Positions 1-12,200 of a stretch of 64,000 nt of DNA are shown here, one piece after another. Under the pieces are notes generated by a model. The model was not told the DNA's origin and did no database searches. It saw nothing but the letters and a program-made list of their open reading frames with translations. This stretch comes from Azolla caroliniana (Eukaryota; Plantae; Polypodiophyta): positions 11,780,001 to 11,844,000 of the forward strand of contig JBHGNT010000004.1 of the NCBI GenBank assembly GCA_043228905.1, read 5' to 3'. The position numbers and the translations under genes were made by a program. Numbering within the stretch: position 1 is the stretch's first letter; each line of letters opens with the position of its first letter.

Positions 1-538
1 AAGGCACGGGAAAGCCTTCGCATTCTCACCGGAAGAGATCAGGTGCGTAGACCCGACAGTCGTGAAGCCGATGGTGATATTCACGGTACCACATGTGCCG
101 TGGAATCTCAAACCAATTCCGGTACCGAGAGCTCACATCCCGGAGCTGATGGAGCTGTTGAGGTAGAAAGTCGATATGGGCATCCTCGAACCGTCGAGTG
201 CCCCGTACTCGAACCGGTGGTTTACGGTACCGAAGAAGAACGGGACGTTGCGCTTCATTCAAGACCTGCAACCGGTCAACAGAGTGACCATTCGGAATGC
301 AGGAATCAGACCAACGATAGACGAGTTCGCGGAGGCCTTCGCCGGAAGGTCGATCTACTCGGTCGGTGATCTGTACTCGGGATACGATCAGTTCCAACTA
401 GCCGTGGAGAGGAGAGACATTACGACTATGCGGACTCCTCTCGGCCTAGTGCGGATGTGTACCCTGCCACAAGGAGGGACGAACTCGGTGGCCCACATGG
501 TGAATGCGATGAACATGGTGCTCAGGGATTGTATCTCG
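1..538 (+). pseudogene. G1a gypsy RT, N-terminal part (in-frame TAG at ~163)
   Basis: ORF 176..547 GILEPSSAPYSNRWFTVPKKNGTLRFIQDLQPVN...; the RT continues at 3788. Confidence 0.93.
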
Positions 539-1127
539 TGTTGGTAGACAGGTCCCTCCGGATGGAAAGGGAGAAGAACCGGATGGGGAGATCCCAACTG
601 CGGATAGTCGGATGGTGTAGGCCCGACTGCGGATAGTCGGATGGTGTAGGCCCGACTGTGGAGAACCGGATGAAGCTCATCAAGGCTACATTTGTAAATA
701 GCCGAAAAGTCATATTAGTATAAATATGACTTAGGGCAAACTTTTAGTTATGTTGTTGTCATTATTATTCTTCCTTGTTGGTGCAAGAAGAAATCAGAGC
801 GCGTAACTGTACAGAGAGATAGAGAGAGAGAGAGAGAGACGAGGTCGTTGCCTCTGTTGTAACCGCCGCCTGTGGCGAAGATCTGTGAGCACGAGGTCGT
901 TGCCTCAGTGATCTCACTGTTGTATATTTCTGCATAGTGACAGTTTGCAGCTTGTGGGCTGCCGTGGTTTTTTCCCCCTATTTTGGGGTTTTCCACGTAT
1001 ACCTCCTGTGCACCATTTCTCTCCCTTTTTTTTGTGTCGCGTTTTCATTACCTGTTTTTCTGTGTATGTAAAGAATCTCGGTTGCGGCTACCGAGCGTGG
1101 GACATAAGGAACATCGAGTTCTCTACA
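539..1127 (+). repeat. C1a 5' LTR
   Basis: TGTTGG...CTACA, TATAAAT at ~718, (GA)n, followed by PBS. Confidence 0.93.
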
Positions 1128-1129
1128 AG

Positions 1130-1141
1130 TGGTATCAGAGC
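1130..1141 (+). promoter_or_regulatory. PBS for initiator tRNA-Met
   Basis: TGGTATCAGAGC directly after the LTR; also at 25685, 27177, 32560 and 56043, with degenerate minus-strand copies at 23435-23446 and 50994-51005. Confidence 0.95.
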
Positions 1142-1157
1142 GAGATCGACACAGAAA

Positions 1158-3782
1158 ATGGACGAATCGTTTGGCGGCATGTTCAAGCTCACCGGCTCCA
1201 ACTATTCAGTGTGGAAGTCGAAGATGAGGGACATGCTCGTGGTTAAAGACCTCTGGCTGCCGGTTCAGTTCGGGGACAAGAGACCGGACAAAATCGACGC
1301 CGCAATATGGGAGGTGATGCACATGAAGACAACGGCGTACATACAGTGCTTCATCGACATGAGCCTGTACAACAACTTCAATGAAGAAAGTAAGGCTCAT
1401 GAGCTCTGGGAGAAGATTGGCACAATGTTCCAGAACAAAAATACTGTCAATCAGGCGTCGGTATTCCGGAAGCTTGTAAGACTCTGGTACCAAGATGGCC
1501 ACAGCATGGCGGAGCATATGAATGCCTTCCAGGGGCTGATTCACCAGGCAACGTCATTGGAAGTACCTCTTGCCGATGAGGTCCTAGCGCTACTCCTGCT
1601 CGGTTCCCTCCTGGATAGCTGGGAGACGTTGGTTGTTACTTTGGGCAACGCCGGGCCGGAAGGAAAACGGATATCCCTAGCAAGAGTAAAATCGAGCTTG
1701 CTAGATGAGGAGGCTCGTCGGAAAGACAAAGATACGAGCTCCGACTCCAAAGCGCTCCTTACCGAATTGGAACGCGGAAGACAGAGAAACCGTAGTCCCC
1801 AGAACCGGGAGAAGTCGGGGACACGATCAAAGTCAAGGGGGAGGCCGACTTGCTTCTATTGCGGCAAGCCGGGACACTTCCAAAAGAACTGTCGGCATTT
1901 CCGTAAAGACAAGGAAACCGACGGTACCGATTCGAAGCAAACCCCGAACCGGAACGGTACCGACCGGAATGGTAAAGACCGGAGGGGTCCAGACCGGAAG
2001 GGAACGACGGCAATTGCGGCAAGTGAAGAGGAGTTGATGCTCATCACCGAGGAGAGTGAGATAAACCATGCCGGCGATGAGATGACCTGGGTGGTAGACT
2101 CCGGAGCGTCGTTCCACCTTACCCCGGACCGGAAATGCTTCTCATCCTACTTAGCCGGTGATCACGGCTGTGTCCGGATGGGGAATGAAGGAACATGCCG
2201 AATTGTCGGCATAGGAGACGTGTGGCTGACAACACCAACCGGATGCAAGTTGCTGTTGAAAGATGTCCGACACGTTCCGGAAGTTCGTCTAAACCTGATA
2301 TCAGCCGGTCGGCTAGATGATAAAGGCTACACGGGTAGCATCCGGAACGGTGTCATGAAGTTCAGCAAAGGGAGCCTGATTGTGGCTCGGGCCCGGAAGG
2401 TAAACACACTGTACTTGATGAATACCCGGTTATGTCCGGAAGAAGTGAACGTGGCTTCCGACACTGCCGGTGAGCTGTGGCACAAGAGGCTATGTCACAT
2501 GAGTGAGAAGGGGATGAAGAGGCTTAGAGACGACAACCTCATTCCAGTGAAGAACGTGCACTTAGAGAAGTGCACTGATTGTCTGGCCGGTAAGCAGAAC
2601 CAGACCTCCTTCCGAACAAGGCCACCGATGAGACGTAATGCACCACTGGAGTTGGTGCATACGGATGTTTGTCAAGTAGACACGAAGTCACATGCCGGAG
2701 CGCAGTACTTCGTGACGTTCATAGATGACCACAGCTGGAAGCTGTGGGCCACACCGTTGACGACGAAGGATCAGGTGTTATCCGTCTTCAAAGAGCTCCA
2801 CGCGAGAGTGGAAAGAGAAACCGGCCGGAAGCTGAAGGCGGTTCGAGCAGATAACGGAGGTGAGTACCGGGGGCAGTTCGAGGAGTACTGCCGCTCGAAG
2901 GGAATCCGGCTCGAATTTACCGTGCCGAAGACGCCGGAACTAAACGGACTGGCCGAGAGGATGAACCGGATCATAATGGAGAGGGTCCGGAGTATGCTAG
3001 CGCATGCAAAACTACCCAAGAAGTTTTGGGCTGAGGCACTGTCCACGGTGACATATGTGATAAACAGATCACCCTCAGTACCCTTGGACGGAGACACGCC
3101 ACAGAGAGTATGGACCGGTAAGGAAGTGTCCTACCGGCATCTGAGGGTGTTCGGGTGTCTCGCGTACGTGCATGTAGCAAAGGACCGGAGAGGAAAGCTA
3201 GATCCAAAGACCTGGCCATGCATATTCCTCGGTTACGGTGACGATGAGTTCGGCTACCGAGTGTGGGACCCGGTCGACAAGAAGGTATTCCGGAGTCGAG
3301 ATATTATCTTCATGGAGGACAAGACGCTCGCCGACTGGGAGTCGGAGAAGAAGATAATGAACCCCGAGTCGACCGGTAAGGATAGACTCTACAATGAGCA
3401 GACCCAACCGGCAAGAGACCGGTTAGCACTCGAGGAACCAGCCGGTTACGGTGAGGATACCGAACCGGCAGAAGAAGAAGTAGAGGAAGCTGAGACCGGA
3501 ACCGGTCAAGACCCCGAATTGGATTCGGATGAAGAGCAAATGGAGGAACCGATTACCGAAGCCCGAAGACGTAGATACCCTCTCAGAGAGAGAAGGGCGC
3601 CCCGGAGATTTCCGGATGCCGAGCATGTCCTGCTGACCGATGAGGGGGAGCCGGAAAGCTTCGAAGAAGCAAAGGAAGACACCCACAACCGAAAATGGTT
3701 AAGTGCCATGCAGGACGAGATGGATTCCCTGCATGAGAACCATACGTACGAATTGGTGGAGCTGCCGAATGGAAAGCGGGCA
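1158..3782 (+). CDS. Copia Gag-PR-INT polyprotein, open until the truncation
   Basis: MDESFGG..., zinc knuckle CFYCGKPGHFQKNC, protease WVVDSGAS, GAG-pre LWHKRLCH, INT VHTD/RADNGGEY/NGLAER. Confidence 0.92.
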
Positions 3783-3787
3783 TCTCG

Positions 3788-6208
3788 GACATCACCATGC
3801 CATTCTTGGACGACATCCCGATCAAGGGATGTCCAGTGGAGGAAAAAGAAGAAACGATCGGACCGGACGGATGTCGGAAATTCGTGGCGACACACATTGA
3901 CGACTGCGAGAGGGTGCTGCAGAGGCTAGAGGACGCGAGGCTCACCTTCTCCGGGGAGAAATCGGCCTTCGGGCAATCAGAGGTCATGGTCGTCGGACAT
4001 CTATGCGGACCGTATGGCCGGAAACCGTCTCCGGCTAAGGTGGAAGCCATCTCCGCAATGAAGCCCGACTGTGACTCGGTCACGGAGGTGCGGAGGTTCT
4101 TGGGAGCATGCGTGTTCTACCACATATGGATCCCGCATTACGCCCACGTTGCCGAGCCGCTATATGGGTTGCTAAAAAAGGGGTGAGAATTCGAGTGGCG
4201 AGACGAGCATACAGAATCGGTCCGAAAGATGACGAAGGCTCTTGCTGCAGATCCGGCACTCCGGAAGGCTGTCTACGAGAAAGGCACTCCCATCTACATA
4301 ACGGTAGATACAAATCCGACCGGGATCGGATGGGTTGTTAACCAAGAAGATAAGGACGGCATTCGGTTCCCAATCCGGTTCGGTGCGAAGGTCCTCAGCG
4401 AGCGACAGCGAGGATACGCTCAGGTTAAACGCGAACTCTGGGGTATCGTTTCGGCCGATAAAGACTATCTGATCGGTACAGAGGTGATTATTGAGACGGA
4501 CTGCCTGCCGATTCTCGGCATGGTTTCCGGATGCGCAACCCCGAACCTGGCGATGCTCAGGTGGATAGCGTACATCAAGTCCCTGGATCCGGAAATACGA
4601 CACATTTCCGGGAAAGACAATGCCATGGCCGACATGCTTTCGAGAGCGCGATTCGACGACGAGGGTGGCATGGTTTCGGAGGACGAGGAAGTTGGCGTGG
4701 ACTTCTTCGAGGCGGCTTACGTAACAACCAAAAGGGGGAGCACTCCGGCACTTAACGATTTCAATGAGAGCAAGTACGACGGGGAGTGGCTGCAGATTGG
4801 GGGATTCTGGAGGACGATGATGCCGGACGCGTCATGGACAAAGAACGAGGCCAACCGGATCCGGAAGAAAGCATACCGATTCTTTCTCCGGGACGGATAC
4901 CTGTGGAAGCACCCGAAGAAGAGAAACGACATCCCGCTCCGAGTAGTGGCGATGGAGGAGGAACAGGAGGAGTTGTTGAAGGCCTACCACGACAGCCCCT
5001 GGGCTGGACACCGTGGGACTTGGGCCATGTTCGAGAAACTAAAGGGGAAGTACTGGTGGCCGGGACTGTACCGGGACGTGCATCGGTTCGTGACAACTTG
5101 TGAGAGCTGTCAGTTACACTCCATAGTCCGACATCGGGACGAGCTTCACCCTACATACCCTCCGGCCATCCACTTCAAATGGATGGTAGATTTGGTGACG
5201 ATGCCGATGGGCGTAGGGCAGATGCGATATCTAGTGCTGGCCCGCAAGGACCTGACGAACCAGGTGGAAGGACGAGCCCTGCAGAACAAAACGACTGCGG
5301 CCGTGTGTCGGTTCCTAATCGAGGACGTGATATGCCGGTACGGGTGCGTCGGGAAGATCGTGGCTGACCGTGGGGAGTTGGACGTCGAAGAGGCCGAGGA
5401 GTTGTTCGACCGGTTAGGGGTCAAGCTCTCGCTCACCACAGCGTACAATCCGGAGGCGAACGGGAAGGTGGATCGCGGACATGGACCGATCGTCAAAGCG
5501 CTAGTCCGGGCGTGCGAAGGCCAGGTCGGGAACTGGCCACGACTGTTACCTTATGCCTTGTGGGCGGACCGGACAACGCACAGTTCGGTAACCGGGTTCA
5601 TGCCGTCAGAGCTCATGTTCGGACAGAAGCCGATCATACCGATGGAACGGACGATCTCCTCTTGGGCGACAGTGGACTGGAGAGACGAGATGACCCGGGA
5701 AGAACTGCTAGCGGCGCGTATACGATAGCTCGAGCGGAGGCCAGAGGATGTGGAACGAGCGGCGGAGAGACTTCGGACGGCGAGGATGAGGAACAAAGCC
5801 CGGTTCGACCGAACGCACCGGCTCCGACCAAAGAAAATCGAGGAAGGAGATTGGGTGCTAGTCTACGACAACAGCCTCCACAACCAGCACAGGGCAACAC
5901 GGAAGTTCGCCAAGCCGTGGTTCGGGCCTTACGTGGTAACGAGCACCAACAACAATGGGACGTATCACCTGGCGGAACTCGACGGTACGAGGATGGCGAT
6001 ACCGGTAGCAGGGAAGCGGATCAAAGCGTTCAAGAAGCGCCACGACGGAAAACCGGATCTAAGAGGCCTGGGCACCGACGACGAACAGTCCGAAACGGAG
6101 GACGAACCGATGGACGAGGAACCGGAACCCGGACCGGTTTTCTCCAACCAGAACCCAATTTTGGCGCATACCGGTGGATGCGCGGTTAGGTGGGGGCGGA
6201 TGTCGTGA
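3788..6208 (+). pseudogene. G1a RT C-term, RNase H, integrase (stops at ~4184 and ~5726)
   Basis: ORFs 3797..4186, 4229..5728 and 5750..6208 in one frame; VRRFLG, ETDC, GPY motif. Confidence 0.93.
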
Positions 6209-6818
6209 AGAAAACCGTCCCTTAGTGTAATCGGTGCATAGCGCGCGTGAACCGGCTCTTCACGCATGCGCGCCCTTTAATCTATATAATAGAGAATGGG
6301 GTACAAAGGTATATCCTAGGTAGTTAGATTCGGTAGGTAGGAAGTTAATGAGGGAAACGGCTCCCCTCTTGAAGCTATAAAAGAGAGGGAGACGCGGGAG
6401 AGAGAGGGATAAAATTTTATTGAGGATGAAGTGTTGTCGGACCGAAACCGAGCGCTTCTCCTCTGTTCATTCCCCATTGCTCTTCTCTGCAGGTTTTCAG
6501 GAGGCTCGCGCTGCTTCGAGGAACGCCCGTGTGCTTCCGGTCGCACCTCCATCCTATCCCCTTTCGTGCGCAGACGAGCAGGCATCGACATCTGTTCGCC
6601 GGCCTGTTCGGTTGTAACCGCTCGCGTGCTCTGTTGTTTATTTGTCATTCATTAATATACAAACATTCGTGTCTCTCTGTCTCTGTGTCCATGAGTTTCT
6701 TTGCTCATACGTAACCGAGCGTCTCTCTCTTTCTCTTTCCCCTTCTATCACCTGCTCTTTGGTTCAAGACCCCAGTGGTCCCGCCTCGTTCTCCACGCAC
6801 GCGCGTAGCAACGCGACA
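6201..6818 (+). repeat. G1a 3' LTR
   Basis: TGTCGTGAAG...CGCGACA; homologous to the inverted LTRs at 33859-34492 and 38374-39024. Confidence 0.93.
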
Positions 6819-9202
6819 CCGTGTAATGGAAGTGCGTGAGCCGGAGAGCTATGCAAAAGCGGCAAAGGACGCAAATTGGCGTGCCGCAAAGGAGGAAGAG
6901 ATGCGAGCATTGGCAAAGAATGAAACCTGGGACCTGGTTGACGCACCAAAAGGTGTGAAGCCAATCAAATGTAGGTGGGTGTACAAGGTCAAGTACAACA
7001 CTGACGGCCCGGTCAATCGATACAAGGCCCGATTAGTAGCGAAAGTCTACGCGTAGAAACACAGCATCGACTACGATGAGACGTTTGTGCCGGTCGCGAA
7101 GATGACGACCATCTGTGTTTTGCTCGCGGTAGCTGCGACAAACGGGTGGCACTTACATCAGATGGATGTAAAGAATTCGTTCCTGCAAGGTGATCTTGAG
7201 GAATAGGTGTACATGGTACAGCCCCCCGGATTTCACTCCAAAACGACCACTTCGGCGGTGTCCGATGGAAGAAGTTCCTTTACGAACTAAAGCAAGCCCC
7301 GCGTGCCTGGAACGCGAAGATCACGCAACAATTGCGTCGGATTGGCTTTGCGATGTCGAAATCAGACTCTGCTCTATTCATCCGGAAAGGTCAACTCGGG
7401 CTGGTTAGAAGTTTACTTTATGTTGATGACTTGGTCATTACCGGCGCCGAGCTAGGTGAGATTGACTGTGTGAAGCTCTAGCTTGCGGCATCATTCGACA
7501 TGAAGGATCTAGGGGACCTTCATTACTTCCTCGGGATCGAAGTGATCTGCACCCCTGAAGGCATACTGATCAACGAGCAACATTACGTGTTGAGTATGCT
7601 CTTCAAATTCAGGATTGCCAACTGTAAGTCCGTCGCCACTCCTTTGGATAGAATCGTCAAGCTTTGCCCCGATTCCGGAAAGGTATGCGACCCGACGAGG
7701 TTCAGACAGATAGTCGGAAGCCTTATATACTTGACCATCACCCGACCAGATCTCAGCTACCTGGTCAGGGTGATTAGTTAGTTCATGGCGCGAACTACCG
7801 AGGAGCACCTTTAGTGTGCACAACGCGTACTGTGGTACGTAAGCGGCACTAAGGATCGGGGCTACTATATCGGACGGGTACAACCCTGCAGTGGGTCGGC
7901 TACACCGATGCCGACTGGGCCAGCAATGTCGCCGATCGCCGATCCACATTCGGTTTCACGTTCTCTCTTGGGAGTGCCACGATCATGTGGAGTAGCAAGA
8001 AGCAGCTGACAATTGCATTGTCGAGCATCGAAGCCAAGTATAGAGGAGTGGTTGTCGCGACATGTGAAGTGATCTAGCTAAAAAAACTACTGCGACAACC
8101 TCAACAGCATCCAGCTAGCAAAGAACCCTGTCTTCCAGTGAGGTGCACTACCATTTCGTCCGTGAGCGTGTCCTCTCCGATGAAGTCGAACTTCAGTATG
8201 TTCCGACGGATCAGCAGACCACCGACATCTTCACCAAGCCTCTTGGTTTGGACAAGTTGCGGCAATTCTCGGGTGCGCTTCGGTTGCGTCACCTCGACGT
8301 GCCGAACTTGAGGGGGTGAGACGTCCCGAATGACCATGGAAGGGGAAGAGAAGTTTCGGAAGACCACGATGCTGTGTCGGATGACGATTTCGATTTCGAA
8401 TCAGCTGAAGAAGCCGAGGGCGGATCTGCGGAAGATTTCAAAAGCGGACATAACGGGAGCAGTCGAAAGAAAGAGCCGAAGCCAACCAAGCATGGGGGAG
8501 ACGAAGCCATCAAGGGCGAGAAGACCGAAGACGAGTTGGAGACCGCCAACTCGGATGAAAGCGAAGTCGGTTCGGATATGCTAAATCAACCAAGGGCCAA
8601 GCGGAAGAGAAGGCAACCGAAGAGGCACCCACACCTCAACAACAAGGAAGCTGCGAAGGGACGTGTGAGCAGACAAGACGATCGGAAGGGTCCAGGTGCG
8701 AGGAATCGAACAGGTCGAGGAGCGTGAGCAAGGTGTGAAGTCCGAAGGAACCGAAGTGTAGATCTGGAAAAGTAGATGGAACCTCATGTTGAGCTTGAGG
8801 GGGAGTGTTGAGTTACAAGCTCAACATTGAGTGCGTAATACAGTGCGTAGACTGGGTGCGTAAAATAGCACGCATAACGTGGCCGTATCGGGGCTTAAAC
8901 CGAAAGGCCGTTAGTATGGTATTCCTCGTAAGGAATAATTTTGGGAGTTAGTGTAGTTGGCTCATTTATGAGCATTCAAGTACTCTCAGTACTTGTGTCA
9001 GTCCGATAGTCAGGGCTTGTATAAAAGGTTCTCACTGAGCACGAAGAATGTATAGACTGAGTATTATTTTCTAATTGAGCTTGTGTGTATTGACTCTCTC
9101 TCTCTCTCTCTCTGTCCCACGTACTGTGTGTGTCCAAGCTTTCCATTAAACCTGTGTTTTCTGTGTTCGGTTTTCTATTGCTTCCACACACTAATCTTTA
9201 CA
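6819..9202 (+). mobile_element. Copia C2a, 3' half (degenerate RT-RH, tail, PPT, 3' LTR 8806-9202)
   Basis: [32 protein letters not shown]; PPT TTGAGGGGGAG; LTR TGTTGAG...TTTACA. Confidence 0.9.
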
Positions 9203-12200
9203 CCTTCTCCTGCCGACATCATCCTTCTCTCTAGGTCTCACGTCAGCTCTCATTCTCGGCTGTCGGAGTCTCCGGATCGGTGTGAGTGTCTCCGTGGGAC
9301 CTCCCCTTTGCCGTCTTTGGTTGCCCGCCTTGTCACCGCCACTGTTCTTCTCTCCAGGTCTCACGCCGGCTCTCGTTGCCGGCTTCTGGAGTGTTTAGAA
9401 CCGGTGTGTGTAAGGTTGCGGCAGCTCTGCTTGCCATTTTCCTCTTGCCATAGTCCCGACCTCCGCGTCGGCCTCTTGTGCTGGTCACATTCACTTGCCG
9501 CCAACGTTCTCTCATATAGGACTCGCGCTGGCTCTCGTGCCGACCACCGGATTGGTGTGAGGATCTCTGTAGACCACCCATATGTAGCCTTTGCCTTCAA
9601 AGCCTTGCCGCCACCGTTCATCACTCTAGGTCTCACGCCGGCTCTCGGGCTGACCGCCGGAGTCTCTGGAACCGGTGTGAAGGATCCTCTTTGGGGTTGT
9701 CGTATTTCTGACCCTTATCCCAAGTCTTCCTTCTTCACGTGTCAAGAGGGTGGCTCACTCCACACCCTCTCCCATGGCACCGACATACCGTGTTCTCGGT
9801 CTCTTCGTAGGCCTGCTCTCTCCTCCCTCCCGAATCGGTTATCCGGAAGTCCGCTCCGCCCGGTTCTCATCCAGGTCCATCCGTCATTCTCTGGATTGCC
9901 AAGTCCCGTTCTCCTGTCGCCACCGTCAGTATCTTGGTCTTACGTCGGATATGATGCCGACCACCAGAGTCTCTAGCCCGGTGTGAGTTGACCCATAAGA
10001 CCGGTCTTCGTTCTCCGCTTCATCCCTTGTACTTCTCCCGGACTGGTCGTCGCTCCTTTTGTTGTGCTCCCACCTCCATCCTCCATCTCTTTCGGTCTCA
10101 CGTTGTCACGCCGACCGAACTACCGAAGTCTCCGGTCAAGATGTGGGGACACCAATTTCGTAATGACTCCCGGCAACCCGTCCAGGGCCACCGAACCTTT
10201 TAGTGGTATCGGTGGAAAGCAGCCGCTCTATGATCGATCATGTTAGGATCTCGGTCCCTAAGGATGGGATACGAAGGCCCGGCATTGGAAGATCCGGTGA
10301 GAACCGGATGTGGAGTACCCTCCAACGGAAGACCTAGTGAGAATTGGATGTGGAGTACCCGGCAACGGAAGACCTAGTGAGAACTGGATGTGGAGTACCC
10401 AGAACCGGATGATGAGTACTCGGCAAGGAAGACCCGGTGAGAACCGGATCTTGCAGGCCCGGTGAAAACCTCTCACCGGATGAAGGGACGTATATGTAGA
10501 TATGTTTCTGAGAGCCCATTGGGGCTATATCTATAAATAGTCCTAATGTCATATTAGTATAAATGTGACCTAGGGCAAACAATGTGTTAGGGAATATAGT
10601 TGTTATTATCTTTGTATAGTTTTCTTTTGGTGTAACGACTGTACTGAGAGAGAGAGAGAGAGCGATACAGAGCATGTCTCTGTTGTAACCGCCGCCAGGA
10701 GAAGATTGTGAGCAAGAGGTCATTAGGGAGGCCTACTTGCTTCTATTGCGGCTAGTCGGGACACTTCCAGAAGAACTGTCGGCACTTCTGAAAAGACAAG
10801 GAAACTGATGGTACCGATTCAAAGCAGACACCAGACCGGAACGGTAAAGACCGGAGGGGACCGGACCGGAAGGGAACGACGGCAATCACGGCAAGTGAAG
10901 AAGAGTTGATGCTCATCATCGAGGAGAGTGAGTTGAACCTTGCCGGCGACGAGACAACGTGGGTTGACGATTCCGGAGCGTCGTTCCACCTTACCCCGAC
11001 CGGAAATGCTTCTCATCCTACACAACTGGTGATCACGACTGTGTCCAGATGGGGAATGAAGGTACATGCCGAATTGTCGGCATAGGAGACGTGTGGTTGA
11101 CAACGCCAACCGGATGCAAGCTGCTGTTGAAGGATGTCCGACACGTTCCAGAGGTACGATTGAACCTGATATCAGCCGGTCGTCTAGATGATGAAGGCTA
11201 CACGGGTAGCATCCGGAAGGGAGTCATGAAATTCAGCAAAGGGAGCCTGATAGTGGCTCGGGCCCGGAAGGTCAACACGTTGTACCTGATGAATGCCCGG
11301 TTATGCCCGGAAGAAGTGAACGTGGCTGCCGACACTGCCGGCGAGCTGTGGCACAAGAGAATGTGTCACATGAGCGTGAAGGGGATGAAGAGGCTTGCCG
11401 ACGACAACCTCATTCCGTTGAAGAACGTGCATCTTGAGAGGTGCACCGAGTGCCTAGCCGGTAAGCAAAACCGGACCTCCTTCCAATCAAGGCCACCGAT
11501 GAGACGTAATGCACCATTGGAGTTGGTGCATACCGATGTGTGTCAAGTGGACACGAAGTCCCATGCTGGAGCGCAGTACTTCATGACGTTCATAGATGAC
11601 CACAACATGAGGCTGTGGGCCACACCGTTGAAGACGAAGGATTAGGTGTTATCCGTCTTCAAGTAGCTCCACGCAAGAGTGGAAAGAGAAACCAGACGAA
11701 AATTGAAGGTGGTTCAAGCAGATAACGGAGGGGAATACCGGGGGCAGTTCGAGGTGTACTGCTGCTCGAAGGGAATCCGACTCGAATTTACCATGCCGAA
11801 GACGCTGAACTAAACGGGCTAGCCAAGAGGATGAACCAGACTATGATGGAGAGGGTCCGGAGTATGCTAGCACATGCTAAACTACCCAAGACGTTTTGGG
11901 CTAAGGCGCTGTTGACAGCGACGTATGTGATAAACAGATCACCCTCCGTGCCCTTGGATGGAGACATGCCGCAAAAGGTGTGGACCGGTAAGGAAGTGTC
12001 CTACTGGCACTTGAAGGTGTTCGGGTGTCTCACGTACGTGCATGTTGTTAAGGACCGGAGAGGAAAGTTGGATGCAAAGACCCGGCCATGCATATTCCTC
12101 GGATACGGCGATGATGAGTTCGGCTACCGAGTGTGGGATCCGGTTCACAAGAAGGTTTTCAGGAGCCGAGATATTATCTTCATGGAGGACAAGACTCTTG

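Larger units (their letters stand above)
539..3782 (+). mobile_element. Ty1/copia C1a: 5' LTR + gag-PR-INT, truncated at the start of RT, TSD TCTCG
   Basis: TCTCG at 534-538 and 3783-3787; removing the insert rejoins gypsy RT (RDCIS|DITMPFLDD). Confidence 0.93.
1..6818 (+). mobile_element. Ty3/gypsy element G1a, 3' half (RT-RH-INT, PPT, 3' LTR); 5' part lies outside the window; interrupted by copia C1a
   Basis: RT motifs GDLYSGYDQ, LPQGGTNS and FLDD; RNase H; integrase HHCC and DDE core in gypsy order; PPT GGTTAGGTGGGGGCGGA before the LTR. Confidence 0.95.

Noticed and set aside
945-1157. N-terminal extension of the 994-aa and 965-aa ORFs
   Set aside because: Begins at a non-ATG codon inside the LTR; Gag starts at the ATG after the PBS (1158 and 27205).
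1-3782. Simple segmental duplication of 1-3782 at 26048-29829
   Set aside because: Identity ends at ~1285; the rest is ordinary family divergence, and the copy sits inside a TSD-bounded element.
3783-3929. Copia polyprotein fused to gypsy RT
   Set aside because: The read-through is out of frame with gypsy RT and stops soon after.
9083-9976. 297-aa plus-strand ORF as a gene
   Set aside because: Starts in an LTR, crosses an insertion junction and is the antisense shadow of a purine-rich repeat region.
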